A stretch of 64,000 nt of DNA from Phoronis australis. Its lineage: Eukaryota > Animalia > Phoronida. This document shows positions 13,689 through 24,505 of the stretch, piece after piece. How positions within the stretch are numbered: the first letter of the stretch is position 1; each line of letters begins with the position of its first letter. Under the pieces are notes generated by a model. That model saw only the letters and a program-made list of their open reading frames with translations. It did no database searches and was not told the DNA's origin. The stretch lies in assembly GCA_002633005.1 (NCBI GenBank), contig NMRA01000513.1, positions 124,001 through 188,000 on the forward strand. The letters run 5' to 3'. The position numbers and the translations under genes were made by a program.

Positions 13689-14593
13689 CCAGCTGACATT
13701 TTGGCAATTTTGAACTGCTTGACAGCCAGCTGAACTCTCCAGCTGGCCCACTAAAGTTTGGCAGTGACCATGTCTGCTTTTGATAACAGTCGGCTCCGCT
13801 TCGCTTTCTGCTGCTTCCCCACTTTATGGTTCCCCAGTGCACTTCAGAGTAGGGTTTGTGTCACTGAGTTTTGCTGTTCTAAAATGCTAAATTATTAAAA
13901 ATTGCCTCCGTTCATATCTGGGAGATTCGTCCTACGTTCATGTGAACTACAAGTAGGCTATGAATGGAAGAGAGCCGTTTCTAGACCCTGGCGGCGACTT
14001 GCAACTGAAAGGGCCATTTGACGACCGTGACAGCTAGCGTTGAAGCCATAATCGACGTTCGGAGAAAAAAATGAACATCGAGAGTTTGTAATGTTTCAAT
14101 GACTTTATTCTCAGAAATCTCACAGGTCGAAAACTTGTAGAAACGACTTAGGCCTATGTCAGTATCAAACTCCAACTGAAGTCAACGTTTAATCAACCCT
14201 TTAATTTTGACTCGCTGTCCCACTGTACTGGAAATAAATGTTTTGATACTGGAAACGTTTTGTCTGAGCTAATCAAGAAAACTGTCAACAACATGGTTCC
14301 GCTGAAATACCTCCAGCTAAAGGTACAGGCCTACTACTAAGTCGTACACTAGTAAACTATACGGTTGTATGCCCCATCCTGGGGCTTTCAGAGAAAGGCG
14401 CAAATCTAGGGCAAGGCTTGGCACCCCCCCCCCCAAAGCAATTGGCAAAAGTACTATTTTCCCTCTTCTTCTTATAGCCACGACGGTCTCGTTGCCACTA
14501 GTGAGCTTACCGTCTTGCCGTCAGCCTAGCCTTTCGGAATAATTAGGGATGGGCGCCGTTTCGCCAGCTCCGCTAGGTCGGCCATCACCAGAA

Positions 14594-14752
14594 GCAGATC
14601 CAGGATTTTGAGTTAGGCTGGCCAGGGCAGAATATTTGACAAGATTTTGCCCTTCATACATTTGCACCCCCTAACGTACTGCCTTATGAGATCTGGGAAA
14701 ATTTTAGGGGGTGGGGCATGACCCCCTTGACCCCCCTCTAAATCCGCCATTG
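14594..14752. mobile_element. Short MITE-like element (gcagatccaggatttt ... aaatccgccattg)
   Basis: Imperfect terminal inverted repeats; opposite-orientation relative at 49295-49461 and related ends at 28741-28895. Confidence 0.65.
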
Positions 14753-15134
14753 ATCACACCTATCAATTAAACTTTATGAAATTTCTTGTCCCAATTCTTA
14801 GCACTACAGTATGCAGAACACACACCTGCGTGGGTGGTTAGCTGTTCAAAGCCTGTTACATGATTAGGGACAGACCGGCTCAGCAATTAAGGTTCCGTCG
14901 ACCTAGGGAGTGCGTATTTGCGGGTTTGAGTGTGGCTGGCACTGATTGTCCTTGAGTTATATAAGCTGCTTGAGTATCATTACATTGCCAATTTTGAGCT
15001 TTGATACAAATCGAGAGTGAACTGAACATTGAATTCTCAACATTATTGAAACTAAGTAGGGATCTTTTCATGCAACGCCACCTGAGGCCAACATGACAGC
15101 CGGTTTTCCCGTTCAGTGACTATCTTACCACACG

Positions 15135-15636
15135 AAGGGAGTTCTTAGCGTGCGATAACATCTACATGCAGCTCAGTTCTTTGTTAACTGCCAAGCACGG
15201 TATGACACCAGGCAGGCCAATTATCTCCCAGGCTTATTACAGAACAGAGGTGAACACAATCAAACCCAGAGTGAATTTGTAATTTCGCGGGAAACTTCGG
15301 GTTGCCGTCAGTGGGCGATTTTGGCGATTCAAAAACTAAACATGATCACCATTTGACCAGGATTTCAGAAATGCTTTTGGTATATGTTCAAATGATGTGT
15401 TATAACTGAACTTTTATTTTTAACAGCACAGCCCAGTCCGACAGGCTACAGAGATAGGCAATCTTAAGTTGAAGGTGCCCCAGTGCGCCCAAGCTAGACT
15501 CATGGGGTCCCGACCATGAAGAATGCCAGAATGGAGTTAATCAGTCATGTAAGATATTTGCAACAGGGGTAAACTTCCCAACTTGTTGGGCTATAGAACC
15601 GAACAAGTTGGTAGCAACGGGAAAACGTCGTAATGA
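15135..15636 (+). repeat. Dispersed repeat about 500 bp, copy 2
   Basis: Colinear with 5090-5560. Confidence 0.8.
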
Positions 15637-16063
15637 AAGTCCCTAACTACTAGGCAGTTCTCGGGCCCTTAAGTCGGGCGCGCCGGGCTCGGCAGCCGAG
15701 CAGTTACATATAAGGCTTATTAGAAAATGCCATCAAATAAGTGCTCATAATAAAGATAGAATTATAGAAAAATGTTAAATCTGTGCCTAAACAACTAAAC
15801 AAATACGAAAAAAATTAGGGAACTTAGTTGAGTCCCTATTTGGGACTGTTTCATGCAACCCGGTCAGTCCCGGCGGCCACTCGGGAGTCTCCGGGCCTCA
15901 GTGGTGTCCGGTCAGCTCGTTTCCAAACTCTTTCGAAAGGTGGCACTGTTATTTCTCAAAGCGAGGTCACTGAGGTTTCCGGTAATAATTTTATTCGCAA
16001 TAGTTCTTTAGGGGTTGTTGTTTACTTCAGTTTTTTGGTTGTTTTTCTGGGAAATTTTCCAAG

Positions 16064-16376
16064 ATGATGGTCGAAGTGGAAAGTCTACAAGACAGGATTT
16101 CAGAGTCGCAGCAAAAACTTGAAAAAGCCTATCAGCAAATTCTGCTTTTGGATCAAAACATTCGCGATTTGGAAGTAAGATACGACCGCGCTGTGCAGAA
16201 CAAAAAGAATTCCTTTCGCTATAATCTCAGACTGAAATTATCCGTTGCTACTGGAGTGAAAATGATGTACCATCATTTTGTGAGCCTGAAGGCAGACGAA
16301 ATCAGAAAAATGAGAACTGAACAGGAACAGTTGGAGAGTCGAATGGAACAAGAACAAGATGACGTGGAAATGACTG
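16064..16376 (+). CDS. Coiled-coil protein exon 1
   Basis: Coding-like composition ends at the donor at 16376; the rest of the 187-aa ORF is intron read-through. Confidence 0.85.
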
Positions 16377-19300
16377 GTAAAACTAGCTGCTTAGTGACCT
16401 TAGTGTTAGTCAACCAACCCTTCCACCTGGGACCGCAGGAGCTTATTTCGATCCGTTTTTCCTTCTTTTTACACTTCACACTCAAAGTCGAGTATTCCAA
16501 AGTGGTTCTCATTTATTCCCTTACATACATTCACTCAATCACCAGTAAGACCCACGGGCATCCTCAGCTTCTGATCGTCCCTAATACACTATATAATATT
16601 ACTACAAGGTATGACACTCCGGACTAGAAATTGCACTGGTGCTTCACTTCAGCCATCCATAGCAATCACAAAACTCAATAAATTTACTCAAAACGGACGT
16701 TCTCGATAACTTTCAGTGACAAATCGGCAACTGCCGTTCATCTGTAATTCATCGGATAATTCCTTATCGTCCTTGACCTTCACGGGACCAAGGAGTTGCT
16801 CCGGACGGACTTTTCGGGAAAATTTTTTGTGGTTTGACCGCGATTTTCTTGTGAACTCTGTGAAGCAGGACACCGTAAATGGTATTGGGAGAAAGAACAA
16901 TTCCTCATGCTTTGTTGAGCGTCTGTTTTGTGTAAATTTATCAAGTTTTGTGATTGCTATGGATGGCTGAAGTGAAGCACCCGTGGAATTTCTAGTCCAG
17001 AGTGTCGTACCTTGTAGTATTATAAGCTGAGGATGCCTGTGGTAAGACTGAGCTCAGACGAGTAGGAGACACTTTTGGGCATTGCTCGATTCTCTACCAG
17101 TAAATTCAGGATTCAAACTTGGGTCTCCCAAACGGGAGTCCAGATCTCAAACCGCTGAGCCACAGTGTCTCCTGTTGGAGCACACCTCTAGTACACCATA
17201 GGTAAAGAAAGAAGTACAGTGTACGCCATTACATCGCTACAAAGTACAACCGTCTGGTGAGGTTTGCAATCTCGCCTCTACCTCAGGCACACCTTGGGAG
17301 ATGTTGCGTGATTGGCTGCTGCTTGACATTGGATGGGGATCAGACAATGAACGGATTGAAAGTCAAGCAACAGCGAATCACAGCAACCAACAAGCTCCTT
17401 ACACAATAATGACGAGATTGTGAACATCACCTGACTTTCGGTCGTTCTATTTAGTGACGTAACTACTATTGGGGTACGCTGTGCGCTCCTTTCTTTTCTT
17501 ATGGTGAACTAGTCTAGAGGCATTTTAAAGGGGTAATAGTCAGATAGGTGGATCTATGATTAAAAAGAGTTTTGGGAACCAGTTGCTACCACTGAATTAT
17601 GGGTGTTATTTAGTGGGAGTAACTGGTTCTCAAATTGGGCTCCCATGTATCGGGATATTACCACTTAAGGGGTCGAAATAAGCTCCCATGCTTGGAACAG
17701 AGTAATTTGCCTACTAATTATTGCCTAGAGCTGGCAATAATTTTTGAGTGAAAATATATTGAAAACTAGGGAACGTAACGAGTTTAGCCTTACCCGTCAA
17801 CAAACTTTTGTTTTGGTGTTCTTTTATCCTTTACTACTGGGTACTAGTACATGTAAGTACTCATGCAAGTACTAGTAAGTTAAATTCAATCTTATCACAG
17901 TCTGCTTGGTAAAGTTCTATTAAAAATCGTCCACTCACAGCCTTCTCAGTTATGAACAAGTGTACAACTTTCTCGGTCAGGTGACCTATAACATGTGTAG
18001 GACACAAATTAAAGAGGAGATAACTGCAGTTTTGGCAGTGAGTTATATCAAATCCTTCGTTCACTGGTAAATATTTCCAGAACATACTTTATTGTTGCAA
18101 TCAAAGTTTAATCAGTTTGAGCAGTTCCATTACTCAGGTCATGGCCTGTATGCCTATTTGTCAACCCCAGGAAATGCATTGCCTAATAAAAACCGGACTC
18201 GTTTCCTGCAGTGTTTTGATGCTTCACTCAGTTCGGCATAATCTTTTTACATCTCTTTACGTCATTGAAATTAGATTTGTAGTCACTCCTGAGAGCCAAA
18301 TTATTGCGCAACAAATACACACACATAAAGCAAGCTATAAGAATAGGTAATCAGCAACTCTCTGTCTATTGCCTAAAGTTTGAGGTCTCTTCAGGACGAG
18401 TCGTGCTATTGATGCAACGACATACCTTGACTAACGGTCCTATTCGAAAGGTGGTATGATCATATATTTTAAATAGAGACATTCTCGATATATCAATTTG
18501 GAGGAAACCCCTTAAAGCTCCTCCTCCAAAAACTATTATTTAATCTGCTTGTTGAAACACAAACATCCTTTTACAATGCATGCTGGGAATACTCAGTTGC
18601 CTACTAATTATGTTCAGACTTTCCGTTGTCATTCAATTCATGGAAACTTCTGAAGTTTAAAAGTCCGAAGCAAAATTGTTTAGGTGTGAAGTGACATTGC
18701 GAATAAAGTAAATTATTTAATGTTACGCAGTATTAAACTAATATCTCTGCCCATTTTTAAAAAATATGTTTGCTGTAGGCACCCCATGTATGTAGACATC
18801 GAAAAAGAAACGCATTTTTCAACACACCCTGTCTGTCAATGGAAGTACTCTTTTATTTAAGCAATGGTTTCTTTCCATGCGCACAATAGAATATTAAGCT
18901 TGAGGAAGCTTGATCATGTAGTTAACCACCAAGTATGTAGCGTTTCATTGATTTCCTTTGAGGATAACAATGTTTTCTTTTTACATGATATGTTTGCCTT
19001 GCCTTGGTTCATTTCTGTCTATGGATTTGTAATCCATAATTTTCTGTGATTGACAGTGATATGATCTACGACAAAAATAATTTTCGGAGGTCAGCCTCGG
19101 CGTGGATTTGAAATTGCAATCCCTGCTGTTACGGTATTTCTTCACATATTTAGCTCACAACATGGCCAGCACGTGCAATTGTATTTTGTTAAACTTTTGT
19201 CAAAAATAAAGTTCAGGAAATTTGTCCATTGTTGATGTGACTTCTGTGGATGTCGTAAAACGTCTTTCAGTTTGTTCAGTCTCCATTCTTTGCAGTGCCT

Positions 19301-19827
19301 ATGAAAAATGGAAAAATAACAATTTTGATAATTACTTTGGTGCGAAACAGTTGAAGAAATACAAGCGTAGTCGAATGTTCCGCTGTTGGAGCTGAACTCC
19401 ACTGGAATATTTCAAGCGTTTTTAACTGATCATGTCGCCAGACTTAATTGCAGCCAATGTTTGGCAAAATACGGGGAAAATTGACTCTTTGTAATGAAAT
19501 CATCTAAAGAATGGATTTTGTTGTTACAACTCTGGTGAAGGCTAATAACTACGAGAAGCTTATCCCATGTAATGGTAATCCCAAAGTGGGATTTTTGGCT
19601 GTTTAACCGGTGTGTCCCCCTTTTCAGAGAGTCCTCCAGTGCAAGGTCCAGTGACGAGAGCGAGGGGAAACAGACAGACCAGGAACTCCACCAACAACAG
19701 CAGCGGCATGTCAGGTGCATCAGGTCAAAGTTCGGCTACTCACACGGGTCAAGGGTCAAGGTCGAGTCGTAGGAGGCGAAATCGTAATAGGAATCGACAC
19801 GACAATAATGCTCAGTCTCATGGCTAA
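16064..19827 (+). CDS. Uncharacterised 170-aa protein with N-terminal coiled-coil/helical domain and Arg/Ser/Gly-rich tail; exons 16064-16376 and 19628-19827
   Basis: Heptad-patterned ORF (LQDRISESQQKLEKAYQQILLLDQNIRDLEVRYDRA...FRYNLRLKL). Donor G|gtaaaa at 16376, acceptor cccctttttcag at 19627, phase 1 join, 513 nt total, AATAAA at about 19852 and 20003. Confidence 0.8.
16602..17017. mobile_element. MITE with about 100-bp terminal inverted repeats, TA-flanked (Tc1/mariner-type target)
   Basis: ctacaaggtatgacactccggactagaaatt...gcttcacttcagccatccatagcaatcacaaaact is mirrored by agttttgtgattgctatggatggctgaagtgaagc...tctagtccagagtgtcgtaccttgtag. Confidence 0.85.
17025..17172 (-). mobile_element. 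Degenerate tRNA-derived SINE
   Basis: Minus strand shows an A-box-like tggctcagcggt and a B-box-like agtttgaatcc at tRNA spacing, with no intact cloverleaf. Confidence 0.6.
19628..19827 (+). CDS. Coiled-coil protein exon 2 (ESPPVQGPVTRARG...RRRRNRNRNRH)
   Basis: Good acceptor, in frame with exon 1, stop followed by polyA signals. Confidence 0.75.
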
Positions 19828-20157
19828 CAAAACGACGGTAGTTTTCAAAAAAATAAATTTTCAATAAGTTCTAGAAATTTGGACTTCCACAAATTCTTTT
19901 CTCATTCTTCCATTCATGTCTGATTTTCTTTCACGACTGTCATCTGCATTTTAGATGACCATCCGCATACATTATTCATTCATCTGTTTTTTTTTCTGTT
20001 TTCAATAAAATTGTCGCAATTATTCAGTGACCTTTTTCGTACGATTTCATCCGTTCAAGTATAAAATGATCGTTTCGAACTATATATCGTCAACATTTTT
20101 TTGAAAACTACTAAATGATTTCTTGCCTGCCTTGAGACTAAATTTTTGACATTATCA

Positions 20158-20213
20158 TGAGATTGTTGCGGACTTAAAGACGACAATGTGAGATTGTTGC
20201 GGACTTAAAGACA
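20158..20213. repeat. 31-bp tandem duplication (tgagattgttgcggacttaaagac)
   Basis: Read directly. Confidence 0.8.
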
Positions 20214-23200
20214 ACGATTCATGTGTGAGCACAGGCTTCCATTGTGAATCGAGATTAACATTATATTTTATGCTTCAACGGAGCTGTGTAAAGATAGACA
20301 ATGTCAAAATGCTTTCAGGAAAATCTTGCAAGGCGTTTTTAGAGAGACCAATTTGGTGACACTTTAAGAGGCAGTTTGTCTGATTGCCTCGACTTCGCAC
20401 CATGCCAGCAATGGCGAAGTGTACTCTGAATGTACTCTCACTGATGCAGTGGTTAGTTTTCAGTATGACAGTTTACTTCTAGCAATGCTTTCAGAGGCAT
20501 CATAGTTTGAAGCATTTCGAATTTTATTCATCCCAAAAGCTTCAATGAATGAAACTGCTGTGGCTGTGCTTAATAGATATTCGATCTCAAATTGTACAAT
20601 ATCAGGAATTATTTTCAAAATAGCCCGTCAGGAAAAACCCTTTTGGGGGCTCTTTCAACCAGGATGCGAAGAAGCCCCCACGGGGTCTGTCAGTATATTG
20701 CTTTTCATGTTGGGTACTTGGTGACCGAAGTTGAAGTGGTGATCTTGTTTCAAGTTCATTTTGGTGGTTCTAATTATAAGAAAATTTGAAACTGTTGTTT
20801 TAAAAGGTATAACTTAGAGTCCGTAAACATCATAGGTGTCAGCTCAGTAACGTGTCAATCCTGTCCACACCATCCGTCTAACAACCAATCTATAAAATTT
20901 TAGTACGGAGATTGGATATCGTTTCCTGAACCATTTTAATTGATGATTGCACAAGTTAGTTCTGCGCCATAAAAATTTTTATCACTCACTTCAGAAATTT
21001 TTAGAACAGTATGAAAGCAGTCTGTTGACATGTGTCTTTGGTGTATATGTATTTTAACTCCTAATATCAGAGGATAATCTTTTTATGGTTTCTCTGACAC
21101 TAACAAATATGATGTGAATTGAAAAAGTTTTGTACTGAGATGGTGTTATGAGGAACTAGAAGCTCACCAGGGGGCGCTTGAGACAGTCCTACCTGTAAAC
21201 ATGCAAGCACTATTGTAATGATGGTGAACATCATCCGGCAACAAATTTATACCAGTGCGCCACCTAGTGAATATCTAGGTTCTCACTGTATGTTCAGATT
21301 TTCTCATCACCTTAAATAATTTTTATGAGAACAAGGGATGCCTTGATGCACCAGTTTATTTTCAGTATTTAAATACAAAACTTGACTCAGTACAGAATAA
21401 TTATGCAAAAACAAACAAAAGGCTCAATTAAATCGTGTTTTGTGACAGTTTAGCCTTGTTCTTTGTACTCAACCAACCTGACACTCACTGCTTATAAATA
21501 TTTCATTGGAATAGTATAAAATACATCTTGCAAATTTTCAGTTTAGTGGAAACATAACACAAACTTGTGCTGCGAACATTAAACATAAATTCCAAGTGCA
21601 ACATCAACATAATTTATGCAAACATAAACCACTCAGCCCGTGTTTCTACTTAGAACCATTACACTACTCATCAAAATATTTCACTACATACAATAAGAAC
21701 TATAAATAAAAATGGACAAAAAGACCAACAGGTGACACACTTGTATTGGAAACCAATGCTCAAAACTTAATCAGCAGTGCAATGGTAAAATTCTCAAAGA
21801 TAGACTAAAGAATTTGACCTCATTACGTGCCGATACACTTAGCTTGTTCTTTTCTCCACCAGATGGCACTTACCTTAAAACACTAAGAACAAACTGGTCA
21901 GGAGGTGCGGTTTTGAATAATGTGCGCCATCTATTTCATCTTCTTATCCATTTATTTTGCATTTCTGGTCAGTAACGGCACATGCCTAATTACACCATTA
22001 TCAATTCTAAGAATTAGTTTTCCAAAAAATTTTAGGTTACCAAAAATCCCTGTTGCATGTTGGCACTATAGTGTACCATGCATTAGAAAATTGGGTAAAT
22101 TTCAAAGAAATTGAGAACATATGTTTTATTAATAAATAATAAGGGAATAGTGAAAACAATGTTTCTTTGAAATTTCTTCCATTTTTTAAACAGTACTGAC
22201 CCAGAAATCAAGTAAAATGTGAAGGCCTCTGAGCAGCTTGTTCCCATAACAAACAATCGTGACGAACAACCAATAAATTGACAGCGTAACCACAGTGAAT
22301 ATTCCACTAAATGTAATGCACACACAGTGTACAGTGACCACCTGAATCAGCATCGCAGTCACAGGGCTTGGGATGACCAATGACAAAAAAGAGGATAATT
22401 TTCCACAAATAGGCTTGTGTGAAAGAAATGTATTTCGTGTAGTAAAATTTAAATAAAGTAAACGTTTTTGCATGAATAAAGTAAAAATAATGATGAAAAG
22501 AGATGAAAAAGAGGAAAGTGGAAATCAAGGGGAAATCGAAACCAAAACAGAATCCTTTTAAAAGAGGAAAACTCCAAGCCCTGTAGTCAAGTCCAAAAGT
22601 TAGTATCCTCGATGGGTCTAAGGGTAAATATTTTTTCTAATTTTCGTTCTCAAAACACTGATTTCCGTTGCAAACATACACCGAGTTTGTCTCCACAATT
22701 GAATAAATCTTTAAATTTACACCTCGACAATGTTCAATTTCTTTGGAAGTCGAATCATGAAAAAAGGATGATGAAAAAGTGTACACACCAGGACATGAAT
22801 TGGAACCTAGCTCGAAATATGGGTATGATAAATCTCACCAATTTCCAACAAAAATAACCAAAACTGACATTTTTTCATTTTCCAGAGCTTGTAACATTGT
22901 TGTGACAGCCCAAAATGTTTCAAAATATCTTTCATGCCAAAATGAAAAAATAAATCTCACTAGTCTACCATACTGCCCGACATTTACCATTCACCTAAAT
23001 AAATGCGAAGTCACAACAATTTTGGGTTAAAAAATGCCAAAATTGATCTTTTCTTACACACTCCAATGGCTTCTAACACTGTTGTGACTGTTCAGCGTAT
23101 TGTCTGATGATAGCTAAGGTTTATATTTTCATAATGATTAATCATTTATTTGCTAAGTAATTTTTAGGGAAAAAGAAATAAAAATGAAATTTCACTTGTC

Positions 23201-24152
23201 AGCCATTGTCTTAAATTCGTGAGGTCTTCCCTAATATGTTTTTTAAAAATGTAGACTTCCTCAAAAAAGGAAAGAAATCTGGTCTTGCCGTCGCAAAATG
23301 AGTGAAGGAAAAGGGCAAAACGATAAAACCGAACTAGCAACTAAGATGACCTTACAGAGACGTAATGACGTGTTACAAGTCGTAGGAGGTAAAAATCAGT
23401 TTTAGTGAATTACTTGAGGCAACCAGGGGAGACAATTGATAATTAAGTATGCGATATGCCAAAAGGTGGGCACGCCCTCTTTAAGAATGCAAGGTAACAG
23501 ATTTTAAACCATTCCTCGAATTGATATTTGTTATTCTGGATGTACATGTACTGCGCAATCCAGATACAGTAGTCCAAGAAATGCTCCAGGGAATCCCAGA
23601 AAACATGGTTCAAACCCACAAGTCAAATGATAGGTGGAATTGCCCTTTGACACCAAACTGTCGCACCATGAGTATACAGCAAACTATGGCTGATAGCAGT
23701 AGTTCTAAACAATTTCCAATATCCATGATAACAATTTCCGGTATCCATGATAAAAGTATGTACATGTATCTCTCGCAGGTACCAGAATGTATCGAATAGA
23801 ATGTGAGTGGACGTTACTCTAATCTGTTTGCACTAACTGAAGATACTCACAATGACGGAGACGAAAGTCAAACAATGATCATAACCAATCACTTTCTCTG
23901 GCAATTTATGACTTCAATGTGCGATCACAGTGAGGGTTTTAACATATTCTACAAACTAAATTCACATGACAATGTTTTAACATTCAAGGTGGGATTTAAC
24001 AACCAAAACATTTTCACATAACAAACATTTCAACTGAAAAACAACTATACAAAAATCACATATCCGGACTGGTTATGAAAACATTTTGAAAGTCTAGAGG
24101 TCATGAGATGAACTACAGGTCAAAAGGTTAGCACACTGGAAATGGGCATGGG

Positions 24153-24505
24153 TCAGAGATCGCAAGACTTGACAATGTCACAACCACTATCGAAGAGCAT
24201 AACATCACTGTCTATGTCTGCTTTAGCTGCCTTGACAACCTGATCTGTTGAATACTGTTGAGCAATGTTCGTGTCTCCCTCACTAGCATTTTCATATCCT
24301 GAGGATACGCCAGCAGTGGCTCCCTCGCATGGCGATGACTTTTCTGTCACGTGAACGGTGTGGAGTCCGTGTGAAGTCGAAAGGGGACTCTGAGATGGTG
24401 AGTCGACGCGAGAAGCAGTGCTGGACGAGAGTGGGCTGCTATAATTCAGGGAAACGCTGAGCTGCCCTTCACATGTAGCAGGGTTGTCTTCAGCGCACCT
24501 AGTGT
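24153..24505 (-). CDS. TSC1: TSC1 coding exon 16 (last)
   Basis: Acceptor ttctag, phase 1, Ser-rich tail to TGA. Confidence 0.8.

Noticed and set aside
16377-16970. Tail of the 187-aa ORF and neighbouring ORFs
   Set aside because: Intron read-through into SINE and MITE sequence.
17105-17172. tRNA gene candidate (also about 49560-49620 and 49770-49830)
   Set aside because: Degenerate A/B boxes and no consistent cloverleaf; SINE heads.
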